62,622 nucleotides of DNA, taken from a virus (lineage: Duplodnaviria; Caudoviricetes). The notes under the pieces were generated by a model that was not told where the DNA came from, did not search any database, and saw nothing but the letters and a program-made list of their open reading frames with translations. This document shows positions 16,643 through 26,733 of the stretch, piece by piece. The position numbers were made by a program, and so were the translations under genes. Where the stretch lies: the IMG/VR virus record IMGVR_UViG_3300048672_000233, positions 1 through 62,622 of that record; one strand, written 5' to 3'. Numbering within the stretch: position 1 is the first letter of the stretch; each line of letters opens with the position of its first letter.

Positions 16643-19216
16643 TTATTTTTCATATAGCTCATTCTTATATAGTCCAAGCAAGTCCATTTGGTGTTCTGAA
16701 CGTAGTTGCAATGCGGCGTACAACTTCTTTTCAACCCCGCTACCCTGTAAATGAATGACACTACATTTATTTACTTGCCCCGCACGATGCACCCGCGCAT
16801 TGGCTTGAGCATACGTCTCATAGGAAGTCGTTGGTGACCACCAAACGATGGTATTCGCTGCGTGGAGCGTTACCCCATGTGCTGCGCTTTGCGGCTGGAT
16901 AATTAACACTTGCTTCTTGCCTGATGTTTGGAATCTATCAAATACTTCTGAGCGTTTATTAAGCGCAATCTCGCCGTGTATCACATCGACCTCGTACCCA
17001 TCAGCAGATAACTTCTCTTGTAACCTTATAATAGAATGCCTAAAAGTGCAGAATACCAGTACGCTGTGCGAGCTTTCTTCTATGCACGTCACTAGCTCTT
17101 TATACCGCGAGCTGCTATCAAACTCGATAACTTCTTTTGTATCCGTATAAGCCGAGCCAGACGCTATTTGTAATAGTTTATTCACCGCAATTGCGGCGTT
17201 CATTGCTGTGATGCTCTCGTCGCCTACATCCATTGTCATCTGGTCTTTGAGTTTTTTATAATACATCTTCTGCTGCGCGGTCATTTCCACTTCGCGTGTA
17301 GTATACATAAGCTCAGGCAGGTCTAAGCATTCCTCTTTGGTGAAACGTATCGCTGGCTGCATAAGGGCGTGGATGTGGTCGTTTGCTGTGACTTTTGGTC
17401 GCCACACGAACTGGCTGGCTTTATACATTACACGGTCTTTAAACTGGTACTCTGATTTGTCTACGCGGTGCGGGTGCATGAGCTTAACCAAGCCATAAGC
17501 ATCGAGAGGTGACTGCGCGGCGGGTGTTCCTGTCATAAGCCATAACCATGAATCAGGTTGTACTAACTGGTTGATTTGTTTCCAGCGTTTTGTCCCTGCC
17601 CGTTTAATAGCAGTTGCTTCGTCAAGTACAATCAAGTCAAAGCCACCTTTAATAAGCTCATCCAATACTACTTCAACGCCATCGTAGTTGATAATAACAA
17701 TCTCAACATCAGACTGAATTACTTTTTTGCGCGTCTCTCTGCTGCCGTGTGCAATGCCTACACTTCGGTGCATGACGCTCTTAAATAAATCATTCTGCCA
17801 AGCGGCTTTCATAATCGACATCGGGCAGATAACCAGCATTCGTTTAATTTGGTTTTGTTTCATTAGATAATCCGCCGCCCATGCGACACTGTTTGTTTTA
17901 CCCGTATTACCTGATGCAAACACACACCCGTTTCTACGGAACACTAAATAGGTAGAGTCCACCATGAAACAATACTTGAAGCCGTCTGTCGATGGTACTT
18001 TCTCCATGACTCTTTTTGGCGAGCCGTCACTTGAAGCCGAGCGTAGATATAACAACCCTGATTTCGCAGGTCTGATGCTTACAGAGTAATGCTCACCATG
18101 TTTGTACTTATCAACTCGTGGGTCTTGGGTAATACGCGCTACATGACCTTTTGAATTAAATACTGCCTGCACAAAATCCGCCGACGCTTTACTATTAGAC
18201 GAAAATCTAGCAAACCTTTCTGTATCTCCTGTGTCTATGGAGCCATCCCACCGAAGTACCTCATCATATATGATGTCTATCTGTTCCTGTGAGCATGACC
18301 AGAACTGTGAGTCAAACTCTTTTACTTTTATAGGTGCGTTAAATCTAAATACATGGAACCCTTGTGCTGTAGGTGTATCGCTTTGCGTGACTCTGTATTC
18401 AATCCCCGCCGCCAGCAAAATCTCGTGCATGCGCGTCACTTTATGTGGTCGTTTTAATCGCATTATGCACCAGTTAGTCCTGTTGTCTTTTGGAAAATAT
18501 CCATCAGCTATTAGAGCCACCTGCACGCGCAGAGCTGCGTTAGATATGCTTAATCCTTTACCCCACTGCTGAGAATACACAGCAGGTATCGCCGCCCCGT
18601 TAAAAGACACATCAGATATACTACGTTTCCTAAAAACTCTATTTTGATAGTCCTCATGTTTCGCATACAACTGCTCGGCGTTATTCACCACCCATTTATG
18701 TGGTGCCTTTCCATCGTGAATAATCATACGGTGCTCGGGACTAAGCATTTGGTCTACGCCGTACTTAGTCTTTATATATATCATTTCATTACAGGGTAGT
18801 TTTACATACTCTTTTGGGGTAACAAACTCAATAGCCTTAGTATCTGGGTAGTATTGGGCTACCTCCCCACCAGCGTAAGCGGATATTTTCACCCAACCCG
18901 TAGGCGATAGGTATTCCGTGTCCGAATCGACACACCCCATATCTGATAGGATATAGGCTCTTTTATTGAGACTCAAAAACCCTGATGATATTTTCTGGTG
19001 CTTGAAGGGTTGGTACATCCCCGTCCACTGGTAATCACGCTCGATAAGCGATGGCGTTTCTTTAAAGCCTAAATTGTGTAGCACTTTACACTCATCCTGT
19101 CCCCAGTGAACTAGGACTTTATTATGCTCAATGAGCTTTGACTTTGGGATAATTGAGGTGATGCGCTCAGGGTAGTCTGTTTCTACCAGCAGAGCTTTGT
19201 TTTGGATAATTTCCAT
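16643..19216 (-). CDS. SNF2-family (SF2) helicase containing an intein
   Basis: After splicing: DMGTGKT Walker A, LDEA, MTGTP, QANARVHRAGQ; about 514 aa mature. Confidence 0.9.
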   Translation of the reverse strand: MEIIQNKALLVETDYPERITSIIPKSKLIEHNKVLVHWGQDECKVLHNLGFKETPSLIERDYQWTGMYQPFKHQKISSGFLSLNKRAYILSDMGCVDSDTEYLSPTGWVKISAYAGGEVAQYYPDTKAIEFVTPKEYVKLPCNEMIYIKTKYGVDQMLSPEHRMIIHDGKAPHKWVVNNAEQLYAKHEDYQNRVFRKRSISDVSFNGAAIPAVYSQQWGKGLSISNAALRVQVALIADGYFPKDNRTNWCIMRLKRPHKVTRMHEILLAAGIEYRVTQSDTPTAQGFHVFRFNAPIKVKEFDSQFWSCSQEQIDIIYDEVLRWDGSIDTGDTERFARFSSNSKASADFVQAVFNSKGHVARITQDPRVDKYKHGEHYSVSIRPAKSGLLYLRSASSDGSPKRVMEKVPSTDGFKYCFMVDSTYLVFRRNGCVFASGNTGKTNSVAWAADYLMKQNQIKRMLVICPMSIMKAAWQNDLFKSVMHRSVGIAHGSRETRKKVIQSDVEIVIINYDGVEVVLDELIKGGFDLIVLDEATAIKRAGTKRWKQINQLVQPDSWLWLMTGTPAAQSPLDAYGLVKLMHPHRVDKSEYQFKDRVMYKASQFVWRPKVTANDHIHALMQPAIRFTKEECLDLPELMYTTREVEMTAQQKMYYKKLKDQMTMDVGDESITAMNAAIAVNKLLQIASGSAYTDTKEVIEFDSSSRYKELVTCIEESSHSVLVFCTFRHSIIRLQEKLSADGYEVDVIHGEIALNKRSEVFDRFQTSGKKQVLIIQPQSAAHGVTLHAANTIVWWSPTTSYETYAQANARVHRAGQVNKCSVIHLQGSGVEKKLYAALQLRSEHQMDLLGLYKNELYEK
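17906..18934 (-). mobile_element. Intein (343 aa) in helicase Walker A, with a LAGLIDADG-like core
   Basis: DMG|CVDSDTEYLSPTGW...SPEHR...FRRNGCVFASGN|TGKT; ALIADG and VLRWDG motifs. Confidence 0.9.
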
Positions 19217-20184
19217 TAGCGGATTCCTTTAAATATATGGGCGATGACATCAACTGTCCACGAGTTGCCGAGGGCTTTGTATCGCTGTGTGTTACTCACA
19301 CCCGCAGTGTAATTATCAGGGTATGTTTGCAATTTTTCACACTCAATTGGCGTTAGCTTTCTAAACTTTACATCTTTTACAGGTGTTCTTTGTGCTAACG
19401 GTTCGTATATCACCACGTTGTCTTTTTGTACAGTGGTTAAACAATTCGACTTGCCAGTATGTCTTTGTTCCACATATTGCTGGGCTTTAATGTCTTTGTT
19501 GTAGTCATCGCGCACGCCACGTTCATTTACTCTGCGCCCTAAGATAGTGGCAATATACGGCGGTTCATCAAATACAAGTTGTCTGCGGTGCTTTTCAAAA
19601 TAGGATTTCAAGTTCCCACCCTTCCAATAGTTTGCGTCGATGCAATGCGCTTTGTCTCGGTCAACCCAGCCATCTTCAAGGATGTCTTTAACATGGATAC
19701 CTAGGTCATCAGGTTGTGTGATATCTTCTATGTTTGTCCAATATAATCGTTTCCTGTTTTGTGCTGATACTAACGCTGAGTTAATCATAATTGGCTTTAC
19801 ACCAAGGGCTTCACTAATCACGTCTTGGTATTCTCGCTTCATCACCACATTTTCTAATAGAAAGTATTTGGGTTTATAGTGTTTTAGTACCTCGACATAT
19901 TTAAAGAACAGTGCGCTGCGCGGGTCATCGAAGTTTAATTGTTTACCTGCAAAACTAAACCCTTGGCATGGGCTACCTCCGATAATCAAATCAATCTCAC
20001 CTAAATTCCACTCTTGCCATTTGTTTATATCCCCTAACTGTATGGTGGCTGGGTGGTTCTTTTGCGTTACTTGGATTGCATACTTGTCAATCTCTGCTGC
20101 GTAGTATTTACTTACTGGGATTCCTGCGCGTTCTAATGCTACGCGACCTGCTGATATACCATCAAACAGACTTAAAACTTTCAT
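19216..20184 (-). CDS. DNA (cytosine-5) methyltransferase
   Basis: LSLFDG, GGSPCQ, LENV, QNRKRLYW, LGNSW motifs. Confidence 0.93.
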   Translation of the reverse strand: MKVLSLFDGISAGRVALERAGIPVSKYYAAEIDKYAIQVTQKNHPATIQLGDINKWQEWNLGEIDLIIGGSPCQGFSFAGKQLNFDDPRSALFFKYVEVLKHYKPKYFLLENVVMKREYQDVISEALGVKPIMINSALVSAQNRKRLYWTNIEDITQPDDLGIHVKDILEDGWVDRDKAHCIDANYWKGGNLKSYFEKHRRQLVFDEPPYIATILGRRVNERGVRDDYNKDIKAQQYVEQRHTGKSNCLTTVQKDNVVIYEPLAQRTPVKDVKFRKLTPIECEKLQTYPDNYTAGVSNTQRYKALGNSWTVDVIAHIFKGIR

Positions 20185-20245
20185 ATCTTTTCTCCTTAGT
20201 CATTAGGTAAAACCTAAGAAGCCCTGCGTGAACAGGGCTTGGTGT

Positions 20246-20461
20246 TTATACTGATTCAAGTAGTTCAAATAACTGCGGTTTGTTTTGTGTTCTATCGAAG
20301 TACCATGCCCTTACTGCTTGCTGGTCTTTCTTCTTTTGGGCAGCGGCTACGCGGATAGCGAAGGATTCAATTAGCTCTTGGTGCTGCTGCATAAACCCTT
20401 CATTCATACCTACATCGCGTGCGTACTGCCTAATGGCGGCTACGGGTAGACTAACCATCAC
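20246..20461 (-). CDS. Hypothetical protein
   Basis: 71-aa ORF in the operon, followed by a GCCCTG/CAGGGC hairpin at about 20219-20240. Confidence 0.55.
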   Translation of the reverse strand: MMVSLPVAAIRQYARDVGMNEGFMQQHQELIESFAIRVAAAQKKKDQQAVRAWYFDRTQNKPQLFELLESV

Positions 20462-20479
20462 GCTCTCGCTCCGTATACT

Positions 20480-20779
20480 TCATACTTTTCTGCTCCCTGG
20501 GTCAGCGTTCTTAACTGTTTTGCCTTTCTTTTGTGAGAAGGCTCTGTTTACTTCGGGGTCAACCAAGCGCAGATTACTTGCCTTGTTTGTTCCACCTTTA
20601 CTTAAAGGTTTTTTATGGTCAATGTCTTTGCCTTTGCGGTTAATACCCTTGGCATCTAGCGCACGTCTAGCGCGTTGCCGTTCAGCTCTGCGTTTCTTCG
20701 CTTCGGGGTTTTGCTGCTCTAACTCGTACTCGTGTTTGGTATCACGGTCTTTTGGGTTTTTATACGGCATTGGTATCAC
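20480..20779 (-). CDS. Small HNH-type endonuclease
   Basis: DIDHKKPLSKGGTNKASNLRLVDPEVNR. Confidence 0.75.
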   Translation of the reverse strand: MIPMPYKNPKDRDTKHEYELEQQNPEAKKRRAERQRARRALDAKGINRKGKDIDHKKPLSKGGTNKASNLRLVDPEVNRAFSQKKGKTVKNADPGSRKV

Positions 20780-20781
20780 CT

Positions 20782-20988
20782 CTATACATCGTCCACCTCG
20801 TCGTAGTATTTAACCAGCGAATTTTTTGTGTGCGTGTAATATCTACCTGATTCACTTAACGTTTGCACTATGTCAAACTCTGTATTCATAATGCCCGTTG
20901 TTGTACCAAGCGATTTTACAACGTGTCCTTCCCCTGTTTCACGGCTTTTCCACAAACTACCTACTGTTATTGTCATACTCGTCTCCAA
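20782..20988 (-). CDS. Hypothetical protein
   Basis: Short ORF packed in the operon. Confidence 0.5.
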   Translation of the reverse strand: METSMTITVGSLWKSRETGEGHVVKSLGTTTGIMNTEFDIVQTLSESGRYYTHTKNSLVKYYDEVDDV

Positions 20989-21094
20989 ACATATCGTTTA
21001 TTACCCAATCCCCTAAACAGTGTCCTATCACCCATGCTAGAACTAGCACTATAAGTCCTGTACCTATCATACCTGCTTGAATTACATTCATGTA

Positions 21095-21796
21095 TTACCT
21101 TCTCCCGTTATATGCACAATCAACAACAGGACACCACGCCCTACATAGCCCATTGGGGCTTTTATTAAATACCCCTGTTTCATAAGCTACTGTGCGTCTA
21201 TGTAGCACTTCGTCAAGATTTTCAAATACCTTAAATCTGTCTTTAACTTCATATTCTTTTGTTATGGTCTCTCGACACACAACGTAGAGCAACATTCCTT
21301 TGACTTTCTCAATCTTAGGGTGAAGTAAAAACACGCACGCTGCCATGAGTTCAAGCTGTAGTGGGTCGGCGTATTTCGCGCTCTTGCCTGTTTTGTAGTC
21401 CACTACATAGGCTGTTTTAGTTTCGCTGTCTACAATTAAGAGGTCAGCCACACCACGAAACCATACATCATCGCTAAAGAAATCACAAGGTCCAAACACG
21501 CCATTGCTACGAGTGATACCCATTTTGCGTTCAACATACTTTTCTCCATTGATTGCTTTTAATTTATCAAGCCACTGTTTAATGTATCCAAAGCGTTCTG
21601 GAATCTCGATTCCTGTGCCAATGTAATCCTCAGCCGCTTTATGCAGTTCAGTACCATATAAAATAGCTTCGCTGTCCGGGTCGCGTGGAATATCTTTTGC
21701 TATTCGTTCTCGATAGTACCTGTGCGGACATTGTTTGAACGTACCTAAAGAGCTATAGCTCCATGCGGATATTTTATATGGTGGTTGCTCTGACAT
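21095..21796 (-). CDS. PD-(D/E)xK exonuclease (RecB/Cas4-like)
   Basis: SYSSL..F.QCP, GTELH, RGVADLL...VDYKTGK, QLELMA, C-terminal LCRAWCPV..C. Confidence 0.85.
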   Translation of the reverse strand: MSEQPPYKISAWSYSSLGTFKQCPHRYYRERIAKDIPRDPDSEAILYGTELHKAAEDYIGTGIEIPERFGYIKQWLDKLKAINGEKYVERKMGITRSNGVFGPCDFFSDDVWFRGVADLLIVDSETKTAYVVDYKTGKSAKYADPLQLELMAACVFLLHPKIEKVKGMLLYVVCRETITKEYEVKDRFKVFENLDEVLHRRTVAYETGVFNKSPNGLCRAWCPVVDCAYNGRR

Positions 21797-21974
21797 TCAC
21801 TTGTTCTCCTAGTTGGTGTTTTTGCATCTCAATGATGCACATTGATAGTCGCAGTGCTTCTGCTGCGAGTAGGCTATATTGCATGGACTCAGCTTTGTCA
21901 CCTAAGCTGTATAACGTTGCTTTCAAATCGTCGAGTTCGTCTATCCAGCTTTTTAGCAACTCACCTAAGTTCAT
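21774..21974 (-). CDS. Hypothetical protein
   Basis: 66-aa packed ORF. Confidence 0.5.
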   Translation of the reverse strand: MNLGELLKSWIDELDDLKATLYSLGDKAESMQYSLLAAEALRLSMCIIEMQKHQLGEQVNVRATTI

Positions 21975-22159
21975 TCTCTTACTCCTATGGCTTTTAATTC
22001 AATCGTTACTATTGCGCCGTCATCTTCAAGATAAACTTTATCTGCTTGCAATTTGAGGTATTTATTGCCCCCAGTGGGTAATGGTACGACATTATACAAG
22101 TCAACCTGTGAATCAGGGTGAAATCTTTTCAGTTGTTCCATTAAGTCATGCAGTCTCAT
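21971..22159 (-). CDS. Hypothetical protein
   Basis: 62-aa packed ORF. Confidence 0.55.
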   Translation of the reverse strand: MRLHDLMEQLKRFHPDSQVDLYNVVPLPTGGNKYLKLQADKVYLEDDGAIVTIELKAIGVRE

Positions 22160-22502
22160 TATGTTCTCCTTTGTCCAAGCGTGCTTTGGCTAATGTGTCG
22201 CTGTACTTATCAGGGTACCGAGCTTTAAGTTTCTCGATATTATCTGTGGCTACATCCTGCATTGAAAAGCCTATCGTGGTACACGCAAGCGACACAAACC
22301 ATAAGATGTCGCCGAGTTCTTCATAAACATTAGCTTGGTCTAAGGTTTGATTGTACACGAGGTATTTTTTCACTGTATCAGTGAGTTCACCTACTTCTCC
22401 AGCCAGCCCTAATGTCGCGTGCATAAGGTCAAAACTCATGTCTTGGTGCTTTGCTGTGCGGTCAGCGAGTTGTTGATATTCATTTAAGTTCATCTTACAC
22501 AT
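22146..22502 (-). CDS. MazG-like NTP pyrophosphohydrolase
   Basis: LGLAGEVGELTDTVKK...EELGDILWF...NIEKLKARYP. Confidence 0.88.
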   Translation of the reverse strand: MCKMNLNEYQQLADRTAKHQDMSFDLMHATLGLAGEVGELTDTVKKYLVYNQTLDQANVYEELGDILWFVSLACTTIGFSMQDVATDNIEKLKARYPDKYSDTLAKARLDKGEHNETA

Positions 22503-24315
22503 CCTTCAATGTTCTGCCCCAACCACCTTCGGCAGCGAGTATGATGCCTGGTAGCCATGTAGGCGTTTTGGTTAATTCATCAAGCATAAAATCATAGGCT
22601 GCTTGAGCGTGTTCTTCACTAACAATACTATATAAAGAGTCATGCACTGTCAAACAGATAGGGTATTTTGCATGGATACGCACCATCGCTTCACCAATAA
22701 CACATCTAGCCAGTGCTTGGCATAGATTTTGCATGACTTTTGCCCCGTAGAGCCTATCTACCATGCGCGAGTTCTTGTCGTAGACCCATTCTTTTTTGCC
22801 TGTATCACCGTGCTGCTGTCTTAGGTTGGGATACTGCATATATAAGCCTGATGGGAGTTTGATACCTATGCTACCCTCGACCATACAAATGTCATTAAAC
22901 CCAAAAGGCAGCGCGTAATCATCGACTAATGCTGAGATTGCTTGCTTGCCTGTATCCCATAGCGCAGCTACATGGTGGTACTCCTCTCGGTATAAAGACA
23001 CAATGCGCTTTGCTTCTATCTCACCCATGTCCACACCTGAACCTGTTTTCACCGCTTGCTGTAATTTACCTGCGCCAACCCCGTAAATAAGTGATAACTG
23101 ACTTGTTTTACCAATGAAGCGCTGCTCCTTAGTTACCTCAGCGTAGGGTACGTTAAACACGTTAGCCGCGAAGTCTTTATATAGGTCAACCCCTTCTTGT
23201 AGTAGGCGCATTTTATCATGTTGCCCTGCAAACCAGAGACCTACCCGTAATTCAATGTTTGATAGGTCAAGCCCCACTATAACATGACCCTCTGGCGCGG
23301 TAAGTCCTTTTTTAATTTCACTATCACGCGGTACGTTTTGAAGGTTTAGGGCTTGTGTTGCGCTAAAGCGACCCGAACGCGCTCCGTAGTACAACAATCC
23401 AACAGGAATCTTACCTTTACATCTATCACCTGTTGCTATCATGCCCTCGGTGCGGGTTGCTTCGATAGATGTTTTTACCCCCAAGCGAGCTGATACCAGT
23501 GCCTGTACCATGGGGTTCTCGTGTTCAAGAAGCTCTTGTAGTCCTTCGTCAGTTTTAGCGAAGGCATAAGTTTCGATACCTTTACTGTTAAGTTTTGTTG
23601 GTGGTTCAACGCCTTGAGCGCGTAGCAGGTCAGCGAACTTTGGGTTAGAGCGTAGCTCCGTTGCTGTCAGATTCAAGTCATCTAAAAACTTTTGTTGTGC
23701 GGCTTTCACATTCTCAAGATGGTTCGTTAAGAACGCACGGTCATATTGCAGCGAAGGCTCTGTGTACATCCGAATCGTCATGTCAATGAGCTTTAACTCC
23801 GTCATGTTAAAGTGCGGATACATGACGGCAAAGAGCTGGCGCGTCAAGTTCACGTCTTGTTTGCAGTATGCGCCATAGGCTGCGAGTTCTTCTGGTGTGA
23901 AGTCTGCGCGTGCGTAGCCAATGAAGTTGTAGACTTCTGTGCCTTTCTCGCCAATGCCATAATGCGTTGCGAGTTTGCTTAGGCTGTTGCCTACGTTCAT
24001 ATTGTGCAGAGCGCGTGCCATTGATAGGGTATCAAAGATAATTTTTGGTTTAATCCCGAAATGAAAAGCCAGAATGGCTGCGTCAAACATCGCATTGTGC
24101 ATAATGACCGCGTTGTTTTCCAAGTCTAGTGCGTCAAGGGCTTTCTTTGTTGCATCGTAATCACCACTAAACCACTTAGGCTGTCCGTCATTGACCTGCA
24201 CCCCAACGCCAATAACTTCGAAGCGCGGGTCGTTGATGTACTCATCATACGTTAGTTTTGTTAGCGAAAAATCTTTTGCATAAAAAGTTTCAAAATCAAG
24301 TGTATAAGTTCTCAT
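22495..24315 (-). CDS. polA: Family A DNA polymerase with 3'-5' exonuclease
   Basis: LDFET and HNAMFD exonuclease motifs; DLSNIELRV (motif A), RFIGKTSQLSLIYG (B), TVHDS (C). Confidence 0.93.
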   Translation of the reverse strand: MRTYTLDFETFYAKDFSLTKLTYDEYINDPRFEVIGVGVQVNDGQPKWFSGDYDATKKALDALDLENNAVIMHNAMFDAAILAFHFGIKPKIIFDTLSMARALHNMNVGNSLSKLATHYGIGEKGTEVYNFIGYARADFTPEELAAYGAYCKQDVNLTRQLFAVMYPHFNMTELKLIDMTIRMYTEPSLQYDRAFLTNHLENVKAAQQKFLDDLNLTATELRSNPKFADLLRAQGVEPPTKLNSKGIETYAFAKTDEGLQELLEHENPMVQALVSARLGVKTSIEATRTEGMIATGDRCKGKIPVGLLYYGARSGRFSATQALNLQNVPRDSEIKKGLTAPEGHVIVGLDLSNIELRVGLWFAGQHDKMRLLQEGVDLYKDFAANVFNVPYAEVTKEQRFIGKTSQLSLIYGVGAGKLQQAVKTGSGVDMGEIEAKRIVSLYREEYHHVAALWDTGKQAISALVDDYALPFGFNDICMVEGSIGIKLPSGLYMQYPNLRQQHGDTGKKEWVYDKNSRMVDRLYGAKVMQNLCQALARCVIGEAMVRIHAKYPICLTVHDSLYSIVSEEHAQAAYDFMLDELTKTPTWLPGIILAAEGGWGRTLKDV

Positions 24316-24482
24316 TTACCCTCCTTAATGCACGTTACAACAACGTGCTGTTTACTTAAACCCGCTTTAATTTTCTCACAGTCTGCTAACTTTACGCGCT
24401 CTACGCTGGCAACGTAGTTTGTGTTAGGTTGTCCAAGCGCGGTGAATGTAGTCACCGCGCTGATTAGTACAAGTAATGCCAT
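24312..24482 (-). CDS. Small hypothetical protein with a hydrophobic N-terminus
   Basis: 56-aa hand translation MALLVLISAVTTFTALG...; fills the gap with start/stop overlaps on both sides. Confidence 0.5.
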   Translation of the reverse strand: MALLVLISAVTTFTALGQPNTNYVASVERVKLADCEKIKAGLSKQHVVVTCIKEGK

Positions 24483-25435
24483 CAGCCCACCCTCTCAAAT
24501 TTTTTTAAAAAATCTTCCCTTGTGCGGCGGTAAACATCTGTTGCTTTACAACCACCTTGTATAGAAACAGGATTATAAACAACAAGTGTTAAATTCTCAT
24601 TCCAGTTTTCAAGTTTTGTTTTACCGTCTAAAGTCAAAACCTCATCGACAATATATTGTTGTCCTGTTTTTGTATGAATCCAAAACTGCCCCACTTTAAC
24701 CTGCGGCGTTGGTTTTGGGCGGTGCTGTAGGGTTTGTTGCCAGTTTTTGTTACAAGCTAAAGATTTTTTTCCACCATTACCATATTTACCAACATTTTTT
24801 ATTGGTTTATTTTCGTAGTACCACCACATACCATCATAATCTTGAGCCAACCAATTAGCCCATTCAGGCGCATCGTCCCATGACGGCGTAAATTTCTGCG
24901 ACTTGAGTTGTTCGAGTTCCTCTTTTTGGTTTGCAATTATTTCGTATGCAGCTTGCAAGTTTTTAAACTGCTCTTTATGAATCTGCGAAACATTCAAGCC
25001 GCATTCACAAGGTTCTTTGAGGGTTTGAGTTTTCTGCCATCTTTTAATAACTATAGCCATGTCATTAAAATATGCCCCACCTTCCATTATGTTATCAGCA
25101 ATATCTCCGCATAAATCATCAACCTGCTCATCACTAAGACCCACAGGAACTTCTTTTACTTCTGTCTGTGGGAAGGTTTTATATTTAAGGAACTGAAAGA
25201 TAGTATAATTAAACTCCCCAACAGTAGGGCGATAATCATCAGCTAACAACGCAACCAATTTGTCCCCAAGTTCATATACCCACTCATCACTAAGACCAAC
25301 AACCACTGGCTCAGGCTGGTTTTGTCCAAACCATTTAATTAAAATTTCTTCCATTATTTGCCTGTTTCCAGTGAATCCCCTTGTTTCTTTAGCAAGCAAT
25401 AATGACAACTCCTGCACTTTCTCTCTATCAATCAT
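24482..25435 (-). CDS. Mosaic hypothetical protein
   Basis: 317 aa; repeated VGLSDE module; WDDAPEWANWLAQDYDG module; SH3-like C-terminus. Confidence 0.65.
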   Translation of the reverse strand: MIDREKVQELSLLLAKETRGFTGNRQIMEEILIKWFGQNQPEPVVVGLSDEWVYELGDKLVALLADDYRPTVGEFNYTIFQFLKYKTFPQTEVKEVPVGLSDEQVDDLCGDIADNIMEGGAYFNDMAIVIKRWQKTQTLKEPCECGLNVSQIHKEQFKNLQAAYEIIANQKEELEQLKSQKFTPSWDDAPEWANWLAQDYDGMWWYYENKPIKNVGKYGNGGKKSLACNKNWQQTLQHRPKPTPQVKVGQFWIHTKTGQQYIVDEVLTLDGKTKLENWNENLTLVVYNPVSIQGGCKATDVYRRTREDFLKKFERVG

Positions 25436-26379
25436 TTTACTTCTCCTAAATCAATTATGTCCCTGATTCCTCTGAATGACGGAAATCTGGGCTTATCTAC
25501 TACACCAACGGGGAAATGCTGGTAACTCACAATTCGGCTCATAAAATAGGGTTGGTTGTCCCAGATTGTTTGACGCTGCTCCATATCAAACCCTGTCCCG
25601 ATTTTAAAGCAAACCCCTGTGACAAGGTCTCTAACAAGTAATGCACCAAGTGTTCCTGATGCGACTTGGTTCTCTTGATGAGAACTACGTTTTGTGTAGC
25701 CACGCTCATCTGTTGTTGCTATATTATCGTTGTGCATCAATTCTTCAAACCCTAACACTACTGCTTCACTTGTTTCAAACCGTTTAAATTTCAGTAGTAT
25801 TTGCTCTTTAAGCGTACTTCTACCGAATTTATATTTACCGGCAGGGTCACGAATCATTGCACCTTCATATCCTACTTCAGCAAAGCGTTGCTCTACGTCT
25901 TGTAAGAATTTCTCGTCCATGCAATGTATCTGCGGGACAATAGATATACCCTCAATACCAATGAAGTTATTACATAACACATCTACCCTCTCGTGATATT
26001 TACCCTCTCCAACGTAATCGAACACATAGAATTTAACGCGGTCTGCATCTGCTTCGCGTGTCATCACACATGAGGTTGTTTTATTAAAGACATCTGGTGC
26101 TGTGGGGTTGCCCCAAATAAGTTCGCCATCTAACCCATTGAACTCGGGTTTGCCGTAGCGTGCTTGGAGCTGCTTGTTTGGGATAGGTTTCAGCGTGCGA
26201 CTCACTAGCACACCATCAATGACTAGCGTGCGAATTCCATCGAGTTTAGCTGATACATACACTGGATAGTGTAGCGTTGATAAGTCTTTGCAGGTTGCCG
26301 CAAGAAGGGGTTTATATGTTTTAGTTGTCATCTTCATTAAGTCCATAGTATCCGTTGTTAATATCCCACACAGCGTCAT
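25432..26379 (-). CDS. ATP-dependent DNA ligase
   Basis: KLDGIR adenylation motif, LDGEL, YEGAMIR, LLKFKRF, PRFP; true start probably near 26337. Confidence 0.92.
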   Translation of the reverse strand: MTLCGILTTDTMDLMKMTTKTYKPLLAATCKDLSTLHYPVYVSAKLDGIRTLVIDGVLVSRTLKPIPNKQLQARYGKPEFNGLDGELIWGNPTAPDVFNKTTSCVMTREADADRVKFYVFDYVGEGKYHERVDVLCNNFIGIEGISIVPQIHCMDEKFLQDVEQRFAEVGYEGAMIRDPAGKYKFGRSTLKEQILLKFKRFETSEAVVLGFEELMHNDNIATTDERGYTKRSSHQENQVASGTLGALLVRDLVTGVCFKIGTGFDMEQRQTIWDNQPYFMSRIVSYQHFPVGVVDKPRFPSFRGIRDIIDLGEVK

Positions 26380-26653
26380 TCACAAACCACACAGCATCAT
26401 CAGGGTCGGTAAAATAAATGTAGTAGGTCCCGTCTTGGCGGTAGTACCAATCCCCTCGGTATTTATTGCATATAACATCTAACAGGCTGTCGTTCTCTTT
26501 ACTGCTCTCACCTAAACATTCAAGTTCTATTGCTAGTACAGGTCTTGCCCCCATAGGTTCGATTTCTTTATATATCGCTGTATGGGGTAGTTCTATCTCT
26601 ACTGCGTCTGACTCCCAAAAAGCTATGATTTCGTTTTTATTGCTTGGTGTCAT
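26321..26653 (-). CDS. Acidic hypothetical protein
   Basis: 110 aa; GGAGA RBS; first gene after the promoter at 26697-26725. Confidence 0.6.
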   Translation of the reverse strand: MTPSNKNEIIAFWESDAVEIELPHTAIYKEIEPMGARPVLAIELECLGESSKENDSLLDVICNKYRGDWYYRQDGTYYIYFTDPDDAVWFVNDAVWDINNGYYGLNEDDN

Positions 26654-26696
26654 TTTGGTTCTCCAAAAGACTAGCCGAAGCGGCTAGTTCGTGTTT

Positions 26697-26725
26697 AGTA
26701 TATTTACTTCATTTTACTTTGTCAA
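26697..26725 (-). promoter_or_regulatory. Sigma70-type promoter
   Basis: TTGACA-N17-TATACT on the minus strand, followed by a UUCG-loop hairpin at 26670-26688. Confidence 0.75.
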
Positions 26726-26733
26726 ACTTTATT

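Noticed and set aside
21095-21796. Cas4-like nuclease as evidence of CRISPR-Cas
   Set aside because: Stand-alone PD-(D/E)xK exonucleases are normal in phage replication modules; no array or other cas genes.
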